Positions 1-9,101 of a stretch of DNA of 64,000 bases are shown here, piece by piece. Made by a program: the position numbers and the translations under genes. The stretch spans positions 607 through 64,606 of the forward strand of contig JAZDKQ010000023.1 of the NCBI GenBank assembly GCA_043802865.1, in the 5' to 3' direction. Source of the DNA: Candidatus Moraniibacteriota bacterium. Lineage in GTDB: Bacteria; Patescibacteriota; Minisyncoccia; Moranbacterales; UBA11712. The notes under the pieces were generated by a model. The model was not told the origin of the DNA. It saw only the letters and a program-made list of their open reading frames with translations, and ran no database searches. The stretch's first letter is position 1; each line of letters begins with the position of its first letter.

Positions 1-431
1 CGAAAAAAAACGATTTACGGGTTTTGGTGATCGCGGCTGAAAACAGTTTGAGCGCGCCGGAGGAAATCAAGCGGGCAATTTGGAAAAAATATCCCGGATT
101 GTCGGCAAAATCAGAATATTTTTCAAGTAGCCAAGACTTCTTCAAAAATGGTATAATAGAGGAGGCCGAAATAATTTTTGTCAATTTCGGCGCGCCGGAA
201 CAGGAAAAATTCATATTCGAAAATCGTGAAAAATTTCCAAACGCGAAGATCCTTATCGGAGTAGGGGGTGCTTTTGATTTCCTCACGGGAAAAATCAAGC
301 GCGCGCCGAGTTTTTTGCGAGGCCTTGGCCTTGAGTGGCTCTGGAGAGTGATCCAGGAGCCGAAAAGGATCAAGCGAATTTGGAACGCAGTGGTGGTATT
401 TTCAGTGCTCTCTCTCACAAGAAAAAAATAA
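1..431 (+). CDS. WecB/TagA/CpsF-family (GT26) glycosyltransferase, C-terminal fragment; 5' end lies outside the window
   Basis: ORF track first codon is TTG at 24 and the frame stays open to position 3. C-terminal motif GLEWLWRVIQEPKRIKR is typical of the WecB/TagA family. Confidence 0.55.
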   Translation, partial: KKNDLRVLVIAAENSLSAPEEIKRAIWKKYPGLSAKSEYFSSSQDFFKNGIIEEAEIIFVNFGAPEQEKFIFENREKFPNAKILIGVGGAFDFLTGKIKRAPSFLRGLGLEWLWRVIQEPKRIKRIWNAVVVFSVLSLTRKK

Positions 432-442
432 TCAAAAAATCA

Positions 443-934
443 ATGAACAAAAGACTCATCATTTTGATAAGTTCGATTGTGATCGCTGCCGGTTCTTTTT
501 GGGGGATCACGCAAATCAGCTGGAGCTCGTCGGCGGGCAATGTCGTGTATGCTTTCTTGGCAATATTTTTTCTTGGTATGCTTGTTTCGAATCAACAATA
601 CGAAGAGGACATTTTTTCAAAAATAGAAAGAACCGTGAGCGCGTTCCTGCTTTCATATACAGTGTTTTTTTATTTCCTTTACGCGCCGTTGAGCCAATAT
701 TTTTTCGGAACACTGATCACGAAAACTTCTTTCATGGCGGATCTTTTGTCGCTGATTCTTTTTATGATATTCTTTTTTCTGTTCGGAACAATTTTCCTCG
801 TCATCAGCAGGTTTGCCCGTGTGGGATTGTTTTCAAGCTGGCGATTTTTCAATAACGCAATAGTGTTTTTTGTCTCGAGAATTTTGTTCATCCCCGCGGT
901 CGGAATTTTTGTTTTGTTTTTTCGATGGAAATAA
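443..934 (+). CDS. hypothetical polytopic membrane protein
   Basis: ATG at 443 inside ORF 335..934. Sequence is strongly hydrophobic with about 4 TM segments. No recognisable motif. Confidence 0.4.
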   Translation: MNKRLIILISSIVIAAGSFWGITQISWSSSAGNVVYAFLAIFFLGMLVSNQQYEEDIFSKIERTVSAFLLSYTVFFYFLYAPLSQYFFGTLITKTSFMADLLSLILFMIFFFLFGTIFLVISRFARVGLFSSWRFFNNAIVFFVSRILFIPAVGIFVLFFRWK

Positions 935-2427
935 TTTTATCCAAATTTATGAATTCAAAATCCCGGGTGCGGTTTGCGCCTAGTCCAACCGGATATTTGC
1001 ATATTGGAGGCCTTCGAACGGCGCTCTACAATTTTCTTTATGCCAAAAAAACAAAAGGCGAATATTTTTTGCGCATTGAGGACACGGACCAGAAAAGATT
1101 TGTTCCGGGAGCGATCGAAAAATTGCTTGAATCTTTGAAATGGGCGGGACTCATGCACGGCGAAGGTGTTTTGCTCGATAAATCGGGAAATATCGCCGAA
1201 AAAGGCGAATTTGGGCCGTATATTCAATCAAAACGGGTTGAAATATACCAAAAATACGCCTATGAATTAGTAAAAGAGGGGAAAGCCTATTATTGCTTCT
1301 GCGCGCCGGAACGGCTTGATTCTTTGCGCGCTGTTCAGGAAAAAGCCAAGCTCGCTCCGGCTTATGATAAATTATGCTTAAAAACGCTAGCATTGGAAGA
1401 CGCGAAAAAAAGAATTGCAAGCGGCGAAAAATATGTGATTCGTTTTGATGTTCCCGAAACGGGGGAAACGGAATTCGAAGACGCGGTACGCGGGAAAATG
1501 AAGTTTGTGAACAAAAATCTCGATGATTATGTCTTGCTCAAATCCGATGGTTTTCCGACGTACCATCTGGCGCACGTTATTGATGACTATCTAATGCAAA
1601 CGACACTTGTAATTAGAGGAGAGGAGTGGCTGCCAAGCACGCCCAAACATATTCTTCTTTTTGAGGCTTTTGGCTGGGAGGCGCCGCAGTATGCGCATCT
1701 CTCGACGATTCTCAACAAAGATACGAAAAAGAAATTGTCCAAGCGCGACGGGGACGCAAGCGTGGAGGATTTTAGGGCGAAGGGATATCTTCCGGAAGCA
1801 GTTGTCAATTTCATCGCGCTTCTCGGCTGGAATCCGAAAACGGAGAAAGAAATATTCACTCTTTCTGAGCTTGCGGAAGAATTTGACGTGGCGAAACTCA
1901 ACAAGGCCGGGGCGATCTTTGACCTCGAAAAGCTGGATTGGATGAACGGTCTCTATATTCGTGAAAAAGAAATAAAAGAACTCGCGGATTTGTGCCGGCC
2001 ATATCTTGAGAAATATGAAGAGAATTTGACCGATGAATATCTTGAAAAAATAGTAATCGTCGAAAGAGAAAGGATGAAGAAGCTATCGGATATTGCGGAA
2101 AATACGGAGTTTTATTTTTCTGTGCCGGTCAGCGACGCAAAAATATTGAAATGGAAAGATATGACCGACGATGATCTGCAGGAGTCGCTAAATAAATCTC
2201 TGGAAATAGTCGCAAGCGTTGCCGAGAATGACTGGGTATTGGATAATATAAAAAATAAACTGATGGCCGTGGCTGATCCAAAGAACAGGGGAGAGTTGCT
2301 TTGGCCACTCCGCGTCGCTTTGACCGGAAAAGAAAAAAGCCCGTCGCCATGGGAGGTCGCTTGGGCGATAGGCAAGGAAGAGAGTATTAAGAGAATCAAT
2401 ACAGCGATCGAATTGTCGCAATCTTAA
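925..2427 (+). CDS. gltX: glutamyl-tRNA synthetase
   Basis: Class I HIGH motif (PSPTGYLHIGG) and KMSKS-like KLSKRDG. Length about 500 aa. Alternative ATG at 949 (MNSKSRVRFAPSPTG) would remove the overlap with the upstream gene. Confidence 0.9.
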   Translation: MEIILSKFMNSKSRVRFAPSPTGYLHIGGLRTALYNFLYAKKTKGEYFLRIEDTDQKRFVPGAIEKLLESLKWAGLMHGEGVLLDKSGNIAEKGEFGPYIQSKRVEIYQKYAYELVKEGKAYYCFCAPERLDSLRAVQEKAKLAPAYDKLCLKTLALEDAKKRIASGEKYVIRFDVPETGETEFEDAVRGKMKFVNKNLDDYVLLKSDGFPTYHLAHVIDDYLMQTTLVIRGEEWLPSTPKHILLFEAFGWEAPQYAHLSTILNKDTKKKLSKRDGDASVEDFRAKGYLPEAVVNFIALLGWNPKTEKEIFTLSELAEEFDVAKLNKAGAIFDLEKLDWMNGLYIREKEIKELADLCRPYLEKYEENLTDEYLEKIVIVERERMKKLSDIAENTEFYFSVPVSDAKILKWKDMTDDDLQESLNKSLEIVASVAENDWVLDNIKNKLMAVADPKNRGELLWPLRVALTGKEKSPSPWEVAWAIGKEESIKRINTAIELSQS

Positions 2428-2432
2428 AAAAA

Positions 2433-3803
2433 ATGGAGAATACAAAATACAAAATACAAAATACAAAATACTGGCATCGTTATGCGACGACTTTTGCATA
2501 TGTTTTTTGTATCATGATTGTCGGAGGCTATCTTATAAAACAAGCTTTTGCCCAAAATATCCCAAGCAATAGTGGCGCGACCAACCCTGCGACCACAAAC
2601 GCGGCTGACCAGCAAGTGATTCAGGGCAAGCAGGAGCAAATTGAGGATCTTGAGCAGAAAGCGGAGAATTATCGCCAGATGATCGAATTGAACCAAAGCA
2701 AAGCCCAGACGCTTGGAAATCAGATAAAGCTGATGGAAGGGCAAATCTCCTCGCTTGAGCGCGATGTAGCTGATATGCAGCAGAAAATCGATTCCACCAA
2801 GCAAGACATTGACTCACTCTCAACGCAAATCGAGACAAAGAAAAAAGATATTGAGGGGCAAAAAATTGTCTTGGGGCAGCTGCTCCAGGCCTATTATGAA
2901 AATGATCAGGATACCCTTACAGAAATGCTTCTCAAAAACTCGAGCTTTTCCGAATTTATGAATCAAACGGAATATATTTCCCAAACCGGATCAAAAGTTG
3001 ATGAGGTTTTGAGCTCCATCACGGACGCGAAGAATACTCTAGAAGGCGCAAAAAAACAGCTTGAATCGAAAAACGAACAGCAAAAAGAACAAAGAGGAAA
3101 CATAACCCAGAAGAAAGTGGCGCTTGACGGAGAACAAGCATCAAAAGAGCAATTGCTGGCCGATACAAACGGAGAGGAACAAAAATACCAACAGCTTCTT
3201 CAACGGGTTGAAGAGCAAAAGCGGGGTCTTTTGGGTGATATCGATGAATTGAGCCAACAAAAAAGCTCCGATCTTGCGGCCGTTGAAGCGACACTCAAAA
3301 AACCAAAAAGCGGACTTGCTTCCACAAGTTGGTATTTCAATCAGCGTGATTCCCGCTGGGGCGATCAGAGTATCGGATTTTCAAACACTTTAATGAAAAG
3401 CTACGGTTGCGCGGTGACGGCGGTGGCAATGGTCTTTAGCTATCACGGGGAAAATATCAATCCGGGAACGCTTGCCAAACAGCCGATCTTTTCGCATGAT
3501 CTCATCGTCTGGCCGAAATCATGGAAAGGGACAACTCTTGTTTCTTCGACGGGACATGGAAACATTGATTGGAACGTTGTCAATGAAGAAATAAAAAACA
3601 AAAATCCGGTGATTGTTTTTGTGAAAGCCACAAAGAGGGGAGCGGGGCACTATGTGGTGGTTCATGCCAAAGACAAAAACGGGGATTATGTCGTCCATGA
3701 TCCATATTGGGGAGCGAATATTTTCCTCAGCTCAACAAAAGCCTATGTCGGCGCGCTATACGGCAGCGGCGTCGTGGTTGACCAGATGATAATTTATCAT
3801 TAG
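2433..3803 (+). CDS. membrane-anchored coiled-coil protein with C-terminal papain-like cysteine peptidase (C39-like/CHAP-type) domain; putative cell-wall hydrolase
   Basis: N-terminal hydrophobic segment, then about 250 aa of Q/E/K-rich heptad-like sequence. C-terminus has SYGCAVTAVAMVFSYHG and GAGHYVVVHAKDKNGDYVVHDP (Cys/His pair). Confidence 0.55.
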   Translation: MENTKYKIQNTKYWHRYATTFAYVFCIMIVGGYLIKQAFAQNIPSNSGATNPATTNAADQQVIQGKQEQIEDLEQKAENYRQMIELNQSKAQTLGNQIKLMEGQISSLERDVADMQQKIDSTKQDIDSLSTQIETKKKDIEGQKIVLGQLLQAYYENDQDTLTEMLLKNSSFSEFMNQTEYISQTGSKVDEVLSSITDAKNTLEGAKKQLESKNEQQKEQRGNITQKKVALDGEQASKEQLLADTNGEEQKYQQLLQRVEEQKRGLLGDIDELSQQKSSDLAAVEATLKKPKSGLASTSWYFNQRDSRWGDQSIGFSNTLMKSYGCAVTAVAMVFSYHGENINPGTLAKQPIFSHDLIVWPKSWKGTTLVSSTGHGNIDWNVVNEEIKNKNPVIVFVKATKRGAGHYVVVHAKDKNGDYVVHDPYWGANIFLSSTKAYVGALYGSGVVVDQMIIYH

Positions 3804-4127
3804 AAAATTATTTTTAATTTTTCTTTTTGTTGGCGACGGATCTGAAATTCGTCGGTGTGGAACAAGAGGAGACGGAATACATCGATCCGATTGAGATCGG
3901 GATCAAACAAGCATACAAGATGGTCGAGGAGAACAAAATAATCGATGGGATGACAATTGCAGCTTTATTTCCAGCAAGAGAGAAACTTCTCAAATAGGTT
4001 TATGCGATAGCGTAGCTGTCGCATAACCTACATTGTGCGACGTTGCATATCAACCTCAACCTCTACTTCCCTCCCGAAAATATTGGGGAAATTGAATAAA
4101 AGAAAAACCTATTTTTTTTATAACAAA

Positions 4128-4156
4128 AGCCCCCCGCTCTATCTTGGCGGGGGCTC
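4128..4156 (-). terminator. rho-independent terminator downstream of iscU
   Basis: GCCCCCCGC..GCGGGGGC hairpin followed by a T-run on the minus strand. Confidence 0.5.
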
Positions 4157-4189
4157 TGTTATATCTGTAAGCGTATATATAGCGATAAA

Positions 4190-4630
4190 TTATTTTTTCT
4201 TTTTCTTGGCTGAGTTCGTTTTTCTGGTCTTCTCCGGCAACATGGATCCCTTTTTGGCTTTGGACCTATAATCCTCGATTGCCCGCTTCAAGGCGCTCTC
4301 TGCGAGGTTTGAGCAGTGCATTTTCAAGGGTGGAAGCCCCTCAAGCTTGTCAGCGACATCCTGGCGCGAAATCTTGAAAGCGTCGTCCAGACTTTTTCCT
4401 TTGGCCATTTCCGTCACCATGGATGATGTCGCGATTGCCGCGGCGCAGCCCAGAGTCTCAAACTTTATATCAGAAATAATTTCCTTATCTTTTGTTTTTT
4501 TGACTTTGATATAAACCGTCATGATGTCGCCGCATCTCGGATTTCCGACCGTGCCAAAACCATCCGGGTTTTTCATCGATCCCTGATTCTTCGGCTTCAT
4601 GAAATATTTGAGAACTTTTTTTGAATACAT
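4190..4630 (-). CDS. iscU: IscU/NifU-type Fe-S cluster scaffold
   Basis: Motifs RCGD, LGCAAAIATSS and HCS (the three conserved Cys). ATG confirmed at 4630. Confidence 0.85.
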   Translation of the reverse strand: MYSKKVLKYFMKPKNQGSMKNPDGFGTVGNPRCGDIMTVYIKVKKTKDKEIISDIKFETLGCAAAIATSSMVTEMAKGKSLDDAFKISRQDVADKLEGLPPLKMHCSNLAESALKRAIEDYRSKAKKGSMLPEKTRKTNSAKKKKK

Positions 4631-4730
4631 ATGTTGGTAGCTAGCATTTAGTATCTGGTATTTAGCATATCGTTTTTAAAATAAATTTAAAAAATACTAA
4701 ATACTAAATACAAGATACCAGATACTAAAT

Positions 4731-5927
4731 TTATTTCCCTGCGATTTTGCGAAGCCTTGCAGCAACGGCTTTCAGTGTATCAACGAAAAGATCAACTTCT
4801 TGCTTGGTCGTATATTTTCCAAGTGTCACGCGTAAGCTGCCGTGACTTTCTTCTTCGCCGAGGCCAATGGCGAGCAAAACATGAGACGGGCGAAGGTCGT
4901 TTGACGAGCAGGCGCTTCCGGTCGAGACGGCAATGCCGGCAAGGTCGAGTCCCAAAAGCATCCCCTCGCCTTCCACGTCTTTGATGATGAAATTGGCGTT
5001 GTTGGGAATTCTTTTTATTTTTGATCCATTGAGACGCGCGCCTTTGATTTCTTTCAGCACGCGAACGATCATATGATCTTGCAATTTTTCGACGATCTTG
5101 TGATTCCGCGCTCTTTCATATTCTGCAAGTTCGAGAGCGGCTCCAAAGCCGACGATTCCGGGGACATTGAGCGTTCCCGCGCGCCATCCTGCTTCGTGAT
5201 CTCCGCCGTCTTGAATTCTTTTCAGGGGCGTGTTTTTCCGGATGAAAAGCAATCCAACGCCTTTCGGCCCATATATTTTGTGCGCCGAGGCGGTGAGAAG
5301 ATCCATTCCTAAATTGTTCACGTGGCAGTCGAGATAGTTCACCGCTTGCACCGCGTCGGTGTGAAAAAGAATTTTCGTCTCGCGGTTTCTGTTTTCTTTG
5401 GCGATCAGTTTTCCGATTTCCTTGATGGGTTGGATCGTGCCGATCTCGTTGTTGGCATACATAATGGAAACGAGGGCCGTGTTTTTTTGGATTGATTTTT
5501 TTACGTCGTTCATATTGACTACGCCTTTTTTTCCGATGGGCAAATAGGCCACTTCTGCCATCCCCTGCTCTTTAAGCTTTTTGCACGATGCGAGAACGCA
5601 GGAATGTTCGAATGCCGTCGTCACGATATGCGGTTTAATCTTTTTTTCGCTGAAGTGTGAAATGAGGGCGATGATCGCGCCTTTCAGGGCAAGATTGTTG
5701 CTTTCCGTCGCGCCCGAGGTGAAGACAATCTCTCCCGGTTCGCATCCGAAAAAATCCGCAGCTTGTTTCCGAGCTTTTTTCACAGCCTCAGTCGCCTCTC
5801 GCCCGAAGGAATGCAATGATGATGGATTGCCGAATTTTTGGGAGAAAAAAGGTTTCATCGCAGCAAAAACCCGCGGATCAACGGGTGTGGTGGACGCATA
5901 ATCAAGATATATTTTTCGTTTTGCCAT
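4731..5927 (-). CDS. iscS: cysteine desulfurase (IscS/NifS family)
   Basis: PLP-lysine motif SAHKIYGPKG and active-site SGSACSS. Start moved to internal ATG (MAKRKIYLDYASTTP) at 5927. Confidence 0.85.
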   Translation of the reverse strand: MAKRKIYLDYASTTPVDPRVFAAMKPFFSQKFGNPSSLHSFGREATEAVKKARKQAADFFGCEPGEIVFTSGATESNNLALKGAIIALISHFSEKKIKPHIVTTAFEHSCVLASCKKLKEQGMAEVAYLPIGKKGVVNMNDVKKSIQKNTALVSIMYANNEIGTIQPIKEIGKLIAKENRNRETKILFHTDAVQAVNYLDCHVNNLGMDLLTASAHKIYGPKGVGLLFIRKNTPLKRIQDGGDHEAGWRAGTLNVPGIVGFGAALELAEYERARNHKIVEKLQDHMIVRVLKEIKGARLNGSKIKRIPNNANFIIKDVEGEGMLLGLDLAGIAVSTGSACSSNDLRPSHVLLAIGLGEEESHGSLRVTLGKYTTKQEVDLFVDTLKAVAARLRKIAGK

Positions 5928-5979
5928 ATGGTATAATACTAGGCTCTGCCGCGCTTTCTTGCAAGTTTTGCAATGCAAT

Positions 5980-6354
5980 TCAGCCGCCGGCTTTTTGCGC
6001 TCCCTTCTCATCCGAGCCGAAATGATGGGCGATTTCATGTCGGACAGTGCTGAAAATTTGTTTTTTGAGCGCTTCTTCCGTCCGACAAAGGCTTTCTATG
6101 GGTTTTTTGAATATGGTGATTCGGTCCGGAAAAACTGGTCCGACATTAAGCCTCTTTGATTGATGGTAGCCTTCATAGAGCCCGAGAAGCAAAATGTTTT
6201 TTCTTCCCTGCAGCCGCGCTTTTTTGAGTTGCTCTCTGGTCGGCTGATCTTCAACAAAAAAGGCCAGATTGTGAATCCTTTCCCAAAAATTTTCCGGCAC
6301 GCCTTCAATGGCCTCGGCCACCCATTTTTCGAATTGTTTTTTGGAGACCCGCAT
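5980..6354 (-). CDS. zincin-like metallopeptidase-family protein (DUF1025-type)
   Basis: C-terminal HEIAHHFG motif and PDRITIFKKPIE. Start at internal ATG (MRVSKKQFEKW). Confidence 0.55.
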   Translation of the reverse strand: MRVSKKQFEKWVAEAIEGVPENFWERIHNLAFFVEDQPTREQLKKARLQGRKNILLLGLYEGYHQSKRLNVGPVFPDRITIFKKPIESLCRTEEALKKQIFSTVRHEIAHHFGSDEKGAQKAGG

Positions 6355-6479
6355 ACTTATTGAAAATTGTTTCCAATTATCTCCGCCGGAATTCAACCTT
6401 AGGAACGGTTGGAGACTTCTCTCTACACAGAATTAGGGAGTTTTGGCTTATTCCTAAAATTGAAACTATACTTCGGAAA

Positions 6480-7184
6480 TCAAAACTTGGTTTTTTCATC
6501 GGTTGAAATTTCTTTTCCGTACGCATTCTCAACTTCCCGGCTGACTTCGTCTTCAGCCCGATGAAACTTGAGAAGTGAAAAAATCACAAGTCCCCCGATT
6601 ATGATTCCGAAGCTGTTTAAAAGAAAAACAAAAAGATAAAAGCGCGTAATATCCGGATTGAGGGCGCTCAATCCGATGCCCACCAAACACAATGGAGGAA
6701 CGACGGAAACAGAAACGGCCACTCCGGGAAGAATGTCTGAGATATCTTTTTTGGTCCAGGCGAATGACGCGGCAGCGCCGGAAGCCAAAGCTACGACGAA
6801 ATAGAGCAAAGCAGTGCGGGCGGTATTTTCAAAGACAAAACCGGCCGATGGATGTCCGAAAAAAATCGCCAAAACGAGACCGCTGGCGACGATGATCAGA
6901 AAAGATTTGAGAAGAAAAAGACTGACCTGGCGAATAAGCGCTATTTTCCCGACTGCAATGCCGAGAGCGATGCAAATAAGCGGGGTGAGTACTGGAGTGA
7001 TGACCATTCCGCCGATAATAATAGCTGAATTACCAAGCAATATTCCGCTTCCGATGACTAGGGAGGAAAGGATAAGCATTAGATAATAGGAAAAACTGGC
7101 CTGGCTGCGTTCAATCAGCTCATCAACCGTGTCATACTGCTCGCTTCGAAGCAGACGGGATCCTTTGTTGTTTTTTTCGTTCAT
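6480..7184 (-). CDS. DUF389-like integral membrane protein
   Basis: Multiple TM segments and motif GGMVITPVLTPL. ATG confirmed at 7184. Confidence 0.45.
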   Translation of the reverse strand: MNEKNNKGSRLLRSEQYDTVDELIERSQASFSYYLMLILSSLVIGSGILLGNSAIIIGGMVITPVLTPLICIALGIAVGKIALIRQVSLFLLKSFLIIVASGLVLAIFFGHPSAGFVFENTARTALLYFVVALASGAAASFAWTKKDISDILPGVAVSVSVVPPLCLVGIGLSALNPDITRFYLFVFLLNSFGIIIGGLVIFSLLKFHRAEDEVSREVENAYGKEISTDEKTKF

Positions 7185-7242
7185 AATGAAATTATACTAT
7201 AAAAAATTATTTCGATAAAGCAACGCGAAAAAAAGAAAAGCA

Positions 7243-7524
7243 CTATTTTCCTGATATTGAATACTTGAAAGAATTAAGCAGCTCCATTTTTTCAGATTTC
7301 TTCAGCTTTTTGATCCGGGCTTCTTCTTTCGAGGCCGAAGACCGATTTTTGAACTTTCGCGAATATATCAGCTTGACCGGCCGGCGAGTCGAAGTATATT
7401 TCGCGCCCAGTTTCGCGCTGCCGTGCTCAGCGATCCTTCGCGTGAGGTTGGTGGTGATCCCAGTATACAAAGTTTTGTCTGCACATTCAAGGATGTAGAG
7501 ATCATACATTTTTTTGAGATGCAT
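7243..7524 (-). CDS. GIY-YIG nuclease-family small protein (UPF0213/YhbQ-like)
   Basis: YDLYILECADKTLYTGITTNLTRRIAEH matches the GIY-YIG core. About 90 aa. Confidence 0.6.
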   Translation of the reverse strand: MHLKKMYDLYILECADKTLYTGITTNLTRRIAEHGSAKLGAKYTSTRRPVKLIYSRKFKNRSSASKEEARIKKLKKSEKMELLNSFKYSISGK

Positions 7525-7682
7525 GCAACGCATGATTAAATTTCCGTATAGTCCGCGCCGAGATGTTGCAGGGAGTAGAATGTCTTCTCGCCGAACCTAT
7601 ATCCCCGCTTGAGCCTGTTCCAATTTTTCAAAGGAGATTGCATGTTGTTTTGAGGCCATGTCTTGGTAGAGATCAGTTGTTA

Positions 7683-7731
7683 CATAACACATCTATTCCT
7701 AAAGTTAAATTTTAGGAATAGATGTGTTATG
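7683..7731. repeat. perfect 21-bp inverted repeat (hairpin, 7-nt loop) in a roughly 200-nt non-coding gap
   Basis: CATAACACATCTATTCCTAAA-gttaaat-TTTAGGAATAGATGTGTTATG. No U-run on either side. Confidence 0.6.
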
Positions 7732-7735
7732 CCTG

Positions 7736-8437
7736 CTAGATATTTAAATTTTTGATCTTTTCGTACTGGTCGAACAAAAAATTAATCACTTCTTCATCTC
7801 CGGGTTGATCGAACTGTTTTTTGAGCTCTTCCTCCGCTTGGTCGCGCGGCTGTGGCGGGATATTTGACGAACCGAAGACCCTGCGGTCAAAAACGTCTAT
7901 CATCGCCAAGAGTCTCGCGTTGTCGACATCAATATCTTCTATATTCTCTATAAGCTTCAAAACAGACGCTTTCGTATCTGGATAAGGCTGTTCCTGAAAT
8001 TCGTGATGGATCAGAATCGGATTATAAACTCTGGGACTTCTTTTCTCCTGTTTCAAATGTGCATATCCTTGGATTGAGTGTTTTCTCACCACTTCAAAGT
8101 CCTTTGCGCTGAATTTTCCAAAAGGTCTGGCGAGATATTTTTGGGGAAGTTGTATTTTTCCTATGTCATGGAGAAGGCAGATTTCCACGAAGAATTTGAT
8201 TTCTTCTTCGGAAAAGTTGCGCTCTTTCGCAAGAAGATAGCCCAAATTGGTCATACGCTGTGAGTGGCGCAGCGTGTCTTTTTTGGCGCTCATTCCCGCC
8301 AGATCTTTTTCTCTTTTTTTCAAAAAATCCTTACTTTCATCATCACCTTCGTTATTAATGATCTCAATAATTGCCCGTACTTCCGGCAAATATATTTTGG
8401 GCTTTGATTTTTCGGGATTGAAATCTTCTAGAGTCAT
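7736..8437 (-). CDS. HD-domain phosphohydrolase (degenerate HD-GYP-like)
   Basis: LHDIGK motif and HHEFQEQPYPD (compare HHExxDGxGYP of HD-GYP). Start at ATG 8437; the track start at 8449 is TTG. Confidence 0.6.
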   Translation of the reverse strand: MTLEDFNPEKSKPKIYLPEVRAIIEIINNEGDDESKDFLKKREKDLAGMSAKKDTLRHSQRMTNLGYLLAKERNFSEEEIKFFVEICLLHDIGKIQLPQKYLARPFGKFSAKDFEVVRKHSIQGYAHLKQEKRSPRVYNPILIHHEFQEQPYPDTKASVLKLIENIEDIDVDNARLLAMIDVFDRRVFGSSNIPPQPRDQAEEELKKQFDQPGDEEVINFLFDQYEKIKNLNI

Positions 8438-8563
8438 AAAAAATCGCAAGTATAAAAAATTTATAATATAGCTATCTACCTTTATTCTACCAAAATATCC
8501 CCTTTTTTACAAACAAAAAAACCGCCGATTTTTTCGGAGGTCTAGCGAAGAATCATTCAACAA

Positions 8564-8603
8564 AAACCCTTCTCGCTTTTTTGGCGAGAAATAACAAGGG
8601 TTT
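8564..8603 (-). terminator. rho-independent terminator downstream of 8614..8868
   Basis: TTCTCGC-tttttt-GCGAGAA stem with flanking T-run on the minus strand. Confidence 0.5.
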
Positions 8604-8613
8604 TCCGTGCTGC

Positions 8614-8868
8614 CTATTCTGTTGCTTTGTAAATCACGGCCCCTTCTTTTGTTGGGCTTTCCAGTTTGATCGCCAACTCGTCGCCTTTCTTTCCCTTTTC
8701 CACCGGCTTGTGGTCGATCTGCATCGAGGCGATCTCCATCGTGAAGTCATTTTCACCCTTCACGATCTTTATTTTTTCCCCGACTGCAAGCTTTCCTGAA
8801 AGTCGTACCACTGCCACCATCGCTTTGTCATAGTAGTGGATTACTTTTCCCACTTCTTGATCTGCCAT
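8614..8868 (-). CDS. small EF-Tu-domain-2-like beta-barrel protein
   Basis: 84 aa; pattern VGKVIHYYDKAMVAVVRL...VGEKIKI.G...F...I.SMQIDHKPV. No overlapping ORF. Confidence 0.4.
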   Translation of the reverse strand: MADQEVGKVIHYYDKAMVAVVRLSGKLAVGEKIKIVKGENDFTMEIASMQIDHKPVEKGKKGDELAIKLESPTKEGAVIYKATE

Positions 8869-9101
8869 AGTTTTGTTGATTAAGGCTTAAATATTAATAA
8901 TTTATTCCAAATCGTACATCAGGTGCGAAGCGGAAAGCATTAGGTCGTCCACTTTCCCCTGCGAGTCGAAGTGATAGGACAAAACCATTTTGTTGTCAGC
9001 GATACCGATGGTATATTTCTTGGCTATATTGTACCAAACTTGCGGCAAAAAGGAAAGGCCGGTAAAATACGTATAGAAGATAGCGATAAAACCTGCATTT
9101 T

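Noticed and set aside
3830-3997. 56-codon TTG-initiated reading frame downstream of the C39-like gene (LATDLKFVGVEQEETEYIDPIEIG...)
   Set aside because: No ATG, no SD, no recognisable motif, and it sits inside a convergent terminator region. Possibly a gene remnant but unsupported.
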